Below, piece after piece: positions 8,788 through 18,231 of a DNA stretch of 26,214 nt. Origin of the DNA: an uncultured archaeon (lineage in GTDB: Archaea > Asgardarchaeota > Lokiarchaeia > Sigyniarchaeales > SOKP01); contig CAZWEM010000040.1 of assembly GCA_964632315.1 (NCBI GenBank), positions 9,405-35,618 on the forward strand. Reading direction: 5' to 3'. A program made the translations under genes and the position numbers. Below the pieces are notes generated by a model, which was given only the letters and a program-made list of their open reading frames with translations, did not search any database and was not told where the DNA came from. Position 1 is the stretch's first letter, and each line of letters starts with the position of its first letter.

Positions 8788-10806
8788 CTAATTATCTATT
8801 TTAGAGATCTTTATCATTGTAGAGTAATAGGATCCTGATAATCTGGATTTTTCGGGATTTTGTGGTGTAAAAAGGTTCACGTTAATTCCTTTCTCAGAAT
8901 GACGTGGTGATCCCGAATATATTAATGCAACTCCAGGTCGTAATTGTTCAAATGTATTTACCACATATTCAGCTTTACCATATCGATTTGACACTAATAC
9001 TTTCTCATTTTTTTGAAAATTTAATTTTTTAATATCTAACGGATGCAAAAAAACATGTTCAAAATCTTCTAAGCTTTTCTTGTTAATCTGCCCAAACTGC
9101 GAATGGATATATTCCCTGTGAGAGGGAGAGATAAGATAAAAATCACTAATATCTTCGGGTTCCAATATGAAAGGATCTTGCAATAGGATTTTAGGATTAA
9201 TCTTTATTTTTTTATTGGAAGTTAAAGAAAACCATTCTTTTAATGGAACATCATTTTCTTTAAAAAGAACGTGATATCCTTGATTAATTACATTCTGTTT
9301 TATGTTTTGAGGGAGAAATTTAATAGAATTCTTAAAAATTGTCTTTTGGGTTTCTCGGAGATCTTCTAAGCCAATTTTATATGCCAATTTTTGAAAGAAT
9401 TCATAGTTAGTCATACAATTTGGATAAGGACACGGCCCTCCTTCGTTAATAGATACTCCGGGAACATAATAAGGTGAATATATATCATCATTTTCTACAC
9501 CTAATTTAGAGGGAATAACGAAATCTGCATATTTAGTGGTTTCTGTAAGAAATGGCTCTAAAACGACAATGGTTAGGTCTTCTCGTGAAAGAGTTTTCCT
9601 TACAAGGTTCAGATTTGGTAACGAACTTGCAGGATTGAAATTATAGATAAATAACATTTTGTATTTCAATGAGTTTAGAGCCCACCCCAGATCAATTAGT
9701 TTAATTTCTTTATCAGTTAACAAATCTGGAGGTTTTGTAATATACTGCTTGATTGGATTCATGTAATAATCACTGAAACTCCCTTGATCATAAATAATTC
9801 CCGTTCCCTTTTTTCCAAGATTACCCATAAGCACTTGAATTAACGCAATCAATTGAACAGTGTCTCCCCCATGATGATACTTTTGAACTCCAAAACCAAG
9901 ATTAAAGATAGTCTCATGTTTATATTTTTTTAATAACTCACTGACTTGAATGATTTCAGCACTTTTAAGACCTGTTTTGATGCATAATTTTTCTTCATCA
10001 AGATTACCAGCAATTTTTAACATTTCTGCAGCATTTTCGAGATGAGCTGAAATAAATTCATAGTCATGATCTCGAGATTTTACTAGTTGAGAAATTAATA
10101 ATTTTGCAACTAATAATTCTGTACCTGGAAAGGGTTGCAAGAAGATATGAGCTTTATCAGCTAGTTCGTGCCTTCTCGTATCTATTACTATCAACTTTAC
10201 TCCCCTTTTTAACGCATTCATTATAAGAGTGTAAGCATGGATATTCCGTTCTGATAAATTACTACCCCACACTATTATTAATTTCGTCCTTTCATTATTA
10301 AGTTGGAAAGGATTTGTGAGAGAGGATAAACCAAACATCTGTTCAAGAGCATGTGAACCCGCTTCATTGCATATTCCTCCAGTCGTAATAGTTGCTCCTA
10401 ACTCATTAAAAAATCTTAGAGGACTTAATTTTGATATAAGCCCGAAATTCCCGGCATAATAACTTCCAACAATAGATTCGGGTCCAAATTCATTAAGAAC
10501 TTCTATAACTTTTTGAGAGATTTTATTTATCGCTATTTCAGTTTTAATTTCTTTAAATTCATTCGCACCCTTAGGACCCACCCGTTCTAATGCATGCTTT
10601 AACCTCTCTGAATGGTAAATTAGATCCTCTCTTTTACTAAACTTAGAACAGAAAAAGCCTCGTGTGAATATATGACTTTTCGAAGGAATTGCTCTCAAAA
10701 ATTTTTTTTCTTCAGCGTCGTCATCCCATTCTCCAGTAAAAACGCAAGAACCATAACAATCTTTAGAACAGGTCCCAAAACGCTTTATAATCTCTTTATC
10801 TTCCAA
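8788..10806 (-). CDS. Molybdopterin (Mo/W-bisPGD) oxidoreductase catalytic subunit, substrate unknown
   Basis: N-terminal CSKDCYGSC...CSK [4Fe-4S] motif; GGICNEAG probable metal-ligand Cys; IIVWGSN; TETTKYADFVIP; C-terminal HSQF...LHPLD cofactor-binding domain. TTG start; no Tat signal visible. Confidence 0.9.
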   Translation of the reverse strand: MEDKEIIKRFGTCSKDCYGSCVFTGEWDDDAEEKKFLRAIPSKSHIFTRGFFCSKFSKREDLIYHSERLKHALERVGPKGANEFKEIKTEIAINKISQKVIEVLNEFGPESIVGSYYAGNFGLISKLSPLRFFNELGATITTGGICNEAGSHALEQMFGLSSLTNPFQLNNERTKLIIVWGSNLSERNIHAYTLIMNALKRGVKLIVIDTRRHELADKAHIFLQPFPGTELLVAKLLISQLVKSRDHDYEFISAHLENAAEMLKIAGNLDEEKLCIKTGLKSAEIIQVSELLKKYKHETIFNLGFGVQKYHHGGDTVQLIALIQVLMGNLGKKGTGIIYDQGSFSDYYMNPIKQYITKPPDLLTDKEIKLIDLGWALNSLKYKMLFIYNFNPASSLPNLNLVRKTLSREDLTIVVLEPFLTETTKYADFVIPSKLGVENDDIYSPYYVPGVSINEGGPCPYPNCMTNYEFFQKLAYKIGLEDLRETQKTIFKNSIKFLPQNIKQNVINQGYHVLFKENDVPLKEWFSLTSNKKIKINPKILLQDPFILEPEDISDFYLISPSHREYIHSQFGQINKKSLEDFEHVFLHPLDIKKLNFQKNEKVLVSNRYGKAEYVVNTFEQLRPGVALIYSGSPRHSEKGINVNLFTPQNPEKSRLSGSYYSTMIKISKIDN

Positions 10807-10825
10807 AAATCACACTTTGTTAAAG

Positions 10826-11428
10826 TCATTCCTTTACAAAATCATTGGGCAAAAAGGGATAGACTTTATAAATATTAAAATCCTTGGCTTTTAATTGGAG
10901 AAAATACTCTTCTTCCATCTCATATTCTTTTAATGCCCAAGATGTTATTTCCTCCCGAGAGTGATGCTTACCTTCATTTTCAAGTGATTTTTTCAAACCA
11001 GGACATTTTTTGGAGTAATCTACGAAATTTTTTCGACTTTCAACCATCATTTGCCAAAATGGAAAACATTGACATTGAAAAGGACGGGCTTCGTGAACAG
11101 TACATTCATTACCGACTAGGAATTTGCAATGTTCATCTTCACCTTCAAACTTGAAAGCTAGTGTCTTTATTCGATAATTTTTTCCCTTCTGAGCTCCAGG
11201 TTCTTTGTAATAAAATGTCTGGTCTATGGCTTTCAAGTACTTCTGAGCAAAATCCTTTAATCCCGATCTTTCGTTGAGATTCAGAAATTTTACCAGTTTT
11301 TTTATATCATCCATATATAAATACACTTCACCCTCATCGAGACCTCGACAGCAATCACCGCACATTTTGCAGGAAAAGCCAATTCCATTTTCTAGAGCTT
11401 TTGAAAGTTTAATTACCTTAGATGTCAA
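10826..11428 (-). CDS. YkgJ family cysteine-cluster (CxxCxxCC) protein
   Basis: FSCKMCGDCC, CKFL...CTVHEARPFQCQCFPFW, CPG. Confidence 0.9.
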   Translation of the reverse strand: MTSKVIKLSKALENGIGFSCKMCGDCCRGLDEGEVYLYMDDIKKLVKFLNLNERSGLKDFAQKYLKAIDQTFYYKEPGAQKGKNYRIKTLAFKFEGEDEHCKFLVGNECTVHEARPFQCQCFPFWQMMVESRKNFVDYSKKCPGLKKSLENEGKHHSREEITSWALKEYEMEEEYFLQLKAKDFNIYKVYPFLPNDFVKE

Positions 11429-11568
11429 TATAATGTATCATACAATTTAATTAAAAATGAATCTAAATAATAATATAGAAATAATAAATTAATATTTTAA
11501 TATTAGGGAATTGATTTCTTTTTATAAGCGACTATACAATCTAATAAGATATTACAACTAATCAAATC

Positions 11569-13803
11569 ATGAAAATTGATGCGTCTTACTTTCCAGAGAT
11601 CAAAACTGATTTAGATGGCTTGGAAAAAATTTTAATTAATAGGATGTTTGAGGAGTCCAAGGCATATCATAGTTGGAGAACACAATTTGTCGAAATTTAC
11701 GACGAATCTAGCATGGAAATACGATTATTTTTACTTTTTTCTCTTGTTTATTTCATTGGATGGAAAACATTCTTTAATGTTATTGATGGATATGACTTTT
11801 TTTATAAAAGTTCAAAAGATCTAAACGATTTAGTAAACAGAATTCATCAAATGAATGATAAATTTTCACTCCCCTTTTTCAACGAACTCATTAACGTGTT
11901 TGCAAGAGATGAAAAATCAAAATATAAACAATTAATGGATAAAATATTTCCAACAGCCAAAACTCCACTTGATACATATTTTGATGAATTAGTCAAAACA
12001 CTTATATCTCCAGTTATTAGGCATAAATCAGGCGAATTTTATACTCCTTCCTTTTTAGTTAAGAAAATGATTGATAAAGCATATATTTTCGGAGAAACGG
12101 TTGTTGACCCTAGTTGTGGAACAGGAAATTTTCTTTTAGAAATTATTAAAAAGGTAATTCACTCTGATAAAAGCCAAAATTCTAAATTTGAAGCAATATC
12201 TAATATTCATGGTTTTGATATCAATCCTGTTTCACTTATTCTTGCGAGAGTAAACCTTTTGGAGGCAAGTGGAAATTATCATGTAGATCTAAAAGACAAT
12301 TTGAAAATAGTGGATTCTCTTTTTTTTGAAAAGGACGAGTTTAAACAAAAATTTGAATTAGTAATTGGTAATCCCCCTTGGTATACTCTTCGCGATATTT
12401 ATTCGCCCCAATATCAAGAAAAAGTGAAAAAGCTTGCGGAAAAATTGGATATCAAACCTTTACCAAAAAATATTTTAAATATAGAGATCGCATCAGTCTT
12501 CTTTTATAAAACTAAAGAGACTCTAATGAGAGAAAACTCAAAAATCTTTTTCGTTTTACCACGAGGAGTTTTAACTGGTTCTCATGCTTCAAGATTTCGT
12601 AATTTTGATGGATTTAGAAATATCTTAATTTGGAACTTTGATGATTCAGTGATGAAGACTTTCAATATTGATTTTATCTGTCTCTATGGAGAAAAAGATT
12701 CAAAATTATCTGATCCACTAAAGTTGAGGAAAGTTGAAGTTCCAGAAATTACGTGGAAATTTAAGAAAGAGAAAACTAAAAGTCTATATTCTGATGATAT
12801 GAGATTAATCGTATCGAAAAAAGATTTTCTTCTACCTTATTCAAAATTCATCAAAAATAGCAGAGCTTATACTCAGAAGTTTATCTCAAAAGATAAAATT
12901 AAGCATCTTATTCCCTCTGGAGAGAGTGCTTATAAAAAATTGTTCCATAAGGGAGCAGATTTAAATCCAAGGAACCTTATATTTGTAAAAGTCAAAAATG
13001 TTGATAATGAGAATGCAATAATTAATCCAGATGAGAGAATTTTTAAAAGAGCAAAAGCACCATGGAATGAAATTATTTTCACGGAACAAATCGTAAATAA
13101 ACGTTATATCTTTAATGCTATAAAAAGTACGGAACTCGTCTCATTTAACTTATTTTCGCATTATTCCGTTTTCCTACCCCTCAATAAAAATAATCTTGAG
13201 TTTGATTTTGAGGCTCTAGACCAGAATTCAAGACGCTTTTATAATCTCATTAATGGTTATTACCTTAATCATAAAAAGAAGAGTACCAAAATGACATCCC
13301 TTCTTGAAAATTTAAACCATTGGCAGAAATTGATCACTGAACGTCAACTTTCCAGGATCAAGGTTGTCTATAATAATTCAGGATCGATATTGACCTCCGC
13401 AGTAATAATTGATAATTATTTAGTTACAGGAGACTTAAGTTTTTTCGATACTAATGACATCAATGAAGCGTACTACCTTTCAGCGATTTTGAATTCTAAA
13501 GTAATGAATGAACAAATACGAATTAAGAAGAGTTCACGACATATTTTCAAAATTCCACTAGGCATCCCTATTCCACCTTATAATAAGAAGGACAAAATTC
13601 ATTTAGACCTCGCAAATTTAGGAAAAATTGGGCATCAAAAGGCAAAAAAAATCGTGGAAAGCACTTTAAATAAAAATCCACGCACTTCAAAGTTTAAGTT
13701 ACAGAAAATATTAGAAAAAAAGTTAAAATCTATTTTTACTGAGATAGATGAGAAATTATACTTATTATTTGACCTAAAGAATAATTTGGAAATATTACAT
13801 TAA
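11569..13803 (+). CDS. N6-adenine/N4-cytosine DNA methyltransferase (gamma motif order) with C-terminal target-recognition region
   Basis: GEFYTP (motif X), VVDPSCGTGNFL (motif I), GFDINP, VIGNPPW (motif IV), EAYYLSAILNS and HIFKIP.IP TRD-like C-terminus. Confidence 0.9.
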   Translation: MKIDASYFPEIKTDLDGLEKILINRMFEESKAYHSWRTQFVEIYDESSMEIRLFLLFSLVYFIGWKTFFNVIDGYDFFYKSSKDLNDLVNRIHQMNDKFSLPFFNELINVFARDEKSKYKQLMDKIFPTAKTPLDTYFDELVKTLISPVIRHKSGEFYTPSFLVKKMIDKAYIFGETVVDPSCGTGNFLLEIIKKVIHSDKSQNSKFEAISNIHGFDINPVSLILARVNLLEASGNYHVDLKDNLKIVDSLFFEKDEFKQKFELVIGNPPWYTLRDIYSPQYQEKVKKLAEKLDIKPLPKNILNIEIASVFFYKTKETLMRENSKIFFVLPRGVLTGSHASRFRNFDGFRNILIWNFDDSVMKTFNIDFICLYGEKDSKLSDPLKLRKVEVPEITWKFKKEKTKSLYSDDMRLIVSKKDFLLPYSKFIKNSRAYTQKFISKDKIKHLIPSGESAYKKLFHKGADLNPRNLIFVKVKNVDNENAIINPDERIFKRAKAPWNEIIFTEQIVNKRYIFNAIKSTELVSFNLFSHYSVFLPLNKNNLEFDFEALDQNSRRFYNLINGYYLNHKKKSTKMTSLLENLNHWQKLITERQLSRIKVVYNNSGSILTSAVIIDNYLVTGDLSFFDTNDINEAYYLSAILNSKVMNEQIRIKKSSRHIFKIPLGIPIPPYNKKDKIHLDLANLGKIGHQKAKKIVESTLNKNPRTSKFKLQKILEKKLKSIFTEIDEKLYLLFDLKNNLEILH

Positions 13804-13875
13804 ATTATATTAATTCATATTTCTATTACTTATTAAATACTAAATAAGTGAACCTCTGAGCATCAAACTGAACTC

Positions 13876-14400
13876 ATGAAGAATTTCGTTTTCAAGATCC
13901 TCGTTGCTGGCAATGGTGGCGTTGGAAAAACCACTCTTTTACGCCGTTATGTAGATGGAGTTTTCGATGATTCTACGATTGAAACAGTGGGAGTTGATTT
14001 TTTCATTAAAGAAGTATTTATTGAAGATATTAATGCCCACTGCACCCTTCAACTATGGGATTTGGGTGGTCAAGACCGATTTCGATACATGCTGGAAAAT
14101 TTTGTCATGGGTGCTCGTGGGGCACTTTTGTTGTTCGACATGACCAAGATGTCTATAATAACTGAGATTTTGGAATGGGTCAACATCGTTCGAATTCACG
14201 ATTTTGACTTACCAATTCTCTTGGTGGGGACCAAATTAGATCTTGAAGACGCAATATCTGTTGATAAAGAAACAGCGCTAAATGTCAGGAATACCTTCAA
14301 CATGATTGACTACATACAAACATCCTCAAAAACGGGGCATAATGTAAGTGAGGTATTTGTTCGAATCATTAAATACATCATCATGAAAAGTAAATATTAG
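13876..14400 (+). CDS. Rab-like small GTPase (Ras superfamily)
   Basis: G1 GNGGVGKTT, G2/RabF1-like TVGVDF, G3 LQLWDLGGQDRFR, G4 TKLD, G5 TSSKTG; no C-terminal Cys. Confidence 0.95.
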   Translation: MKNFVFKILVAGNGGVGKTTLLRRYVDGVFDDSTIETVGVDFFIKEVFIEDINAHCTLQLWDLGGQDRFRYMLENFVMGARGALLLFDMTKMSIITEILEWVNIVRIHDFDLPILLVGTKLDLEDAISVDKETALNVRNTFNMIDYIQTSSKTGHNVSEVFVRIIKYIIMKSKY

Positions 14401-14452
14401 GTTCGAAATTTAATTAAATATAATAATAATTACGATAAATTCCTTTTCTACT

Positions 14453-15259
14453 ATGGATGATGAATTAGTTTTTTTAGGTTCGGGGGGAGGTCGCCATCAC
14501 ATCAGGACTCAATATAGAGCAACTGGAGGTATCTTGTATAAGTTTAATGGAATTCAAGCTCACATAGATCCTGGCCCAGGAGCGATAGTCAGACTTAATC
14601 AATATGGCGAAGACCCAACGAAAACAGAACTTTTTATCGTGACTCATGCGCATCTGGATCATTATAACGATCTTAGTGCAGTAATTGAGAGTTCAAGAGA
14701 AAATTTACATGATAAGCAATACAATTATTATAAGAAAGGAACTTTAATAACCAATAAAGATGTCTTACAACTCGTTTCTGATTATCACATTAACATGCTC
14801 GAGAAAGTGGTATTATTTCGATCTGGAGAAACATATAAATATAATGGCGTGGATCTAATAGGAACCAAAGTTGTTCATTCTCGAAATACAGAAGGATTTG
14901 GAATAAGGTTAAATCTTAGGGATTACTCCATTGCTTTCTCCAGCGATACAATGGTATTCGATGGGTTTAGTGAACAGTTTTCAGATGTGGATATCTTAAT
15001 ATTAAATTTATTGAGACCTGATTCAGTCACCTGCAAGCGACACCTTTGCACTGATGAAGTGATTCCATATCTCAATGAGATTAATCCTCCTTTAAAGGGA
15101 TTAATAATTACACACTTTGGAGCTTATATGGATAGTGATAGATCAATTCAAAATTATGTACCACTTCAGATAAAAAAATTCAAAATAAAAACAAAAATTA
15201 AGCGAGTTATCGCTACTCAAGATGGAATGAAAATTAAGATTAATAAATTCCTTTACTAA
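14453..15259 (+). CDS. MBL-fold metallo-hydrolase
   Basis: FLGSGGGR, IDPGPG, THAHLDH (HxHxDH), SSDT, ITHFG. Confidence 0.9.
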   Translation: MDDELVFLGSGGGRHHIRTQYRATGGILYKFNGIQAHIDPGPGAIVRLNQYGEDPTKTELFIVTHAHLDHYNDLSAVIESSRENLHDKQYNYYKKGTLITNKDVLQLVSDYHINMLEKVVLFRSGETYKYNGVDLIGTKVVHSRNTEGFGIRLNLRDYSIAFSSDTMVFDGFSEQFSDVDILILNLLRPDSVTCKRHLCTDEVIPYLNEINPPLKGLIITHFGAYMDSDRSIQNYVPLQIKKFKIKTKIKRVIATQDGMKIKINKFLY

Positions 15260-15292
15260 AAGAAAAAAAAATAAGATAAATTTAGTTTTTAA

Positions 15293-17461
15293 TTAGCAAT
15301 AATACTTATGGCCAAAACGATGAAAGTGGACTTTACTTAAGGCAAAGCTATAATCTGCAGCTCCAAGATCTATCATAGGACTGACGATTACATAAGTATT
15401 TACCCATTTACTTCCATATAAGAATGAAAATCCCGTTTCAGTTGCATCTCTTAGCCACATATCAAATACTACGTAATAGCTATGTCCTCTCCAACCTCGC
15501 ATCTCTTGAACTACGGTAACCATAAAATCTACTTCAGGATAAACGTGGTTTAAACTTTCAACATAGTCTTGTCCAGAAACATCTACATTAAACAGGTACC
15601 ACCCTTCATAGGTTGTAGCCCAATCAGTAACGTATCTGAATCCAAGATATACATTATCACCAGCATAAGCCGATAAATCAAATGTAATATTTACTATGTC
15701 TCCACTCCAAACAGTAAGACCAGGAAGATTATCCACAGCAGTTGAGATGGCAGCAGGATCATGGAAAGATGTCGTATTTGCGTTTGATAATGAGGTCCAA
15801 TCAGAATCCCATTTCCCATCAGTTGAGACTTGAACAAAACCAAAATCCCAGTAATCTTCAATATCCCAATAAGTTGTTAGTGTTAAATAAGGATCCGTTG
15901 GATCAACATAAATTTCCGTAGCGATTAGAGTATTCAATAGATCAGCAGCTCCAGAATACCAATACATTTCAGTATCATTATAACTCCATCCTTCAGTTGG
16001 AACATCATCTTGTCCATCAAGAAATAGGGTTTCTAATCCTTTTAAGTTAGCGAAATTGATGTAATCAGAACCATAAGCCCCAACGTCATAAATACCTGTT
16101 GAATATTGAGTATCACCCGGAGCTGTCGTTCCCGCCATTGTTTCACCAAAGAACTTAGATGCGGATTTCCAATTAAGTTGTCTTGCATTAATCTCATGCA
16201 CATTCAAGGGCTCAAGTTCATCAAAATTCAATATTGCTTTAGGATTGATGGCTTGGATTTCATCAAGCTGATATCCATACTTGCCATATTTCGCGTGGAT
16301 GAGATTTGCAATCCTCCAATCATGGAATACTTTGTTGAAATCTTTCCCATAAGGAGCTAATAAAGCGTTTATACCTTCTGTTCCTGCTAAGCCTCCTTGG
16401 GTATAAGCTCCCATAAAGTCAATGCCATAATGATCAGTTAGGTATAATGCCCATAGGAATGAAGCGCCATAATCAGCTAATATGTTGATACCACCTTGAT
16501 CTCCCCATTGGGTCAAGGAGTTATCCGGAGTAGCTAAAAACCATTCGATTTGACCAGCATCAAGATCATAACCACAGAGAGGCTCTGCAAATAATGAACT
16601 AGCTTCATTCATGTATGTAGCATCTCCAGGTAATTGGTCTCCATGAATATTATGCTGATATTCGTGAGCCACAGTCGATTCATATAAATTAGGCCTAGTA
16701 ACAGTTAATTCAGGGTGAGTATCTGGGAACCATTGGTGTCCCTCCTCTCCTATTCGTTGCCACCATCTCCAAGCATCTATATGGATCATATTACGATGAT
16801 ACCAATCTATCGTCTGTTGAGGACTAAAAAAACCAGCAACATAAGAAGGGTATGTAGGATCGTCGTAATTATCATCCACAATGTTCAATACTTTCAAAAT
16901 GACCTTTTGCCCATTAGTAACATTAATCCAATCGTATGTAAACGCTGGAAAGCCACTTAGTTCAAAGATGGTATTTAATCCATATCGATCTTGGGTAGTA
17001 CCATAATAACCAGAATCAATGGCATAGATGATATCGTTAAACTCTTTAGCCAAGTATTTGCACATATCATCCGTGATAATTAAGTTGAGGGGATCATCAT
17101 TTCTTGGATCACCGTCAGGGAAAGCTAAATCATTTGCGACATACACTTGCACAAATTCTTCTTCAGCTCGCAGGGTCATATATGGATCAAAACCTTGCGA
17201 ATATAGATAGTAATCCCACACCATTCCCCCTACAGGAGTGAGTGATGCATGAGGCTTACTTGAAGAACTTTTAAGTGATAAATCAGCATCAAAATCAGGC
17301 ATTGCGACATCTCCAGCAAGACCACTTTGCCAATCTACTGCCTGATAATCAGGAAGTGTAGTTACTGTATCGGCACTGGTGTTAACTATGAAGATGCTTA
17401 ATGGAAAAGATGATAAGCACATTGCTATTAAAATTATTAGAGAAGTTCTTGTTTTTCTCAT
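15293..17461 (-). CDS. Secreted zinc metallopeptidase (M30/M6-like) with immune-inhibitor-A-like C-terminal beta domain
   Basis: Signal peptide MRKTRTSLIILIAMCL...TSA; AHEYQH (HExxH) followed by YMNEAS; DNSLTQW, DYGASFLWALYL; YWDIEDYWDFGFVQVSTDG and FDLSAYAG...GFRYVTD. Start is ATG 17461 or TTG 17470. Confidence 0.85.
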   Translation of the reverse strand: MRKTRTSLIILIAMCLSSFPLSIFIVNTSADTVTTLPDYQAVDWQSGLAGDVAMPDFDADLSLKSSSSKPHASLTPVGGMVWDYYLYSQGFDPYMTLRAEEEFVQVYVANDLAFPDGDPRNDDPLNLIITDDMCKYLAKEFNDIIYAIDSGYYGTTQDRYGLNTIFELSGFPAFTYDWINVTNGQKVILKVLNIVDDNYDDPTYPSYVAGFFSPQQTIDWYHRNMIHIDAWRWWQRIGEEGHQWFPDTHPELTVTRPNLYESTVAHEYQHNIHGDQLPGDATYMNEASSLFAEPLCGYDLDAGQIEWFLATPDNSLTQWGDQGGINILADYGASFLWALYLTDHYGIDFMGAYTQGGLAGTEGINALLAPYGKDFNKVFHDWRIANLIHAKYGKYGYQLDEIQAINPKAILNFDELEPLNVHEINARQLNWKSASKFFGETMAGTTAPGDTQYSTGIYDVGAYGSDYINFANLKGLETLFLDGQDDVPTEGWSYNDTEMYWYSGAADLLNTLIATEIYVDPTDPYLTLTTYWDIEDYWDFGFVQVSTDGKWDSDWTSLSNANTTSFHDPAAISTAVDNLPGLTVWSGDIVNITFDLSAYAGDNVYLGFRYVTDWATTYEGWYLFNVDVSGQDYVESLNHVYPEVDFMVTVVQEMRGWRGHSYYVVFDMWLRDATETGFSFLYGSKWVNTYVIVSPMIDLGAADYSFALSKVHFHRFGHKYYC

Positions 17462-17878
17462 ATTTTTCAACTATTTATAGGTTTATTTTTTAATAAAATC
17501 GTCTATGTTATAACGTAACATAAACTTTACATCCAATACTCATAATTAAACCATTCTTAGATATAAATTTGAAAATTATATCATTTAGGATTATGAGTAT
17601 TTGTAAGGTAATCAAGATTTTATATTTAAAATTTATGATTTTAACGTGTAAGTGAAACCCATCACTATCGCTATCTTTTTTATCTTGTGTGAAAAAATTG
17701 GGAAAATAGTGCAAAAAATCATTTATTGTGTGCGTAAAAATCGAATTCACAATTAAGTATAATGGGATTTCATCATTCTCAATTGACTTTTATGTCTGAT
17801 CTTATAATCTACATTTATGTATAATGTAGAAAGGTAAAGGGATCATATCAGAGCTAAACATTAAGATAAGAGTAATAA

Positions 17879-17970
17879 TAAAGAGGGAGGGCGTAATCTG
17901 AGCCCTAAAAATAAAATAAGTTTTCTACTTTGAAATTAACTTGAAAAGAATATAATTGTTTCCTTTTTAC
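17879..17970. other. Conserved non-coding element, copy A (regulatory DNA or structured RNA)
   Basis: 17881-17913 matches 21363-21395 at 26/33 positions ungapped. 17879-17889 can pair with 17959-17969 (11 bp including G-U on the + strand). Confidence 0.6.
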
Positions 17971-18231
17971 TGTATTAACTATTAATTTAAACAAGGGTAT
18001 TAAATATAAGTAATTCTATTAAAAATTGAATCTCAATGTACAGTTTTGTGAACGATTTTACTATAACTTTCTTAAAAAGTCAAATCTGATATTGAGTGAG
18101 ATAATCAAGTAAAAATTATATAAAATTAGCTTCAGAACAGTTTTTTATTTTAATTGGTTTAAAACTAATCGGTGTTTGTTTTTTAATAATCGCACAAAAA
18201 TGAGAAAATAAAAAAAATTGGTTTTAATTTA

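Noticed and set aside
10807-10815. In-frame TGA two codons upstream of the Mo-enzyme TTG start, suggesting recoding
   Set aside because: Readthrough adds only a few residues before another stop, and the first domain motif already follows the TTG.
17508-17750. Short ORFs in the long gaps (17508-17750, also 20926-21147 and 21469-21669)
   Set aside because: Ile/Phe/Lys/Asn-biased translations typical of AT-rich non-coding DNA, with no motifs and no convincing similarity to each other.
17880-17912. The shared 33-mer translates on the + strand as KEGGRNLSPKN versus KEGKRNESPKN, with three synonymous differences, suggesting a conserved micro-peptide
   Set aside because: Both frames are closed by nearby stops (17862 and 17931 in A; 21314 and 21404 in B) with no ATG/GTG/TTG before the motif. 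The purine swaps are equally explained by base-pairing constraints.
17953-17970. GGAAACAAU on the minus strand recalls the c-di-GMP-II riboswitch 5' end
   Set aside because: The downstream GCAC/GUGC pseudoknot and other consensus parts are absent.
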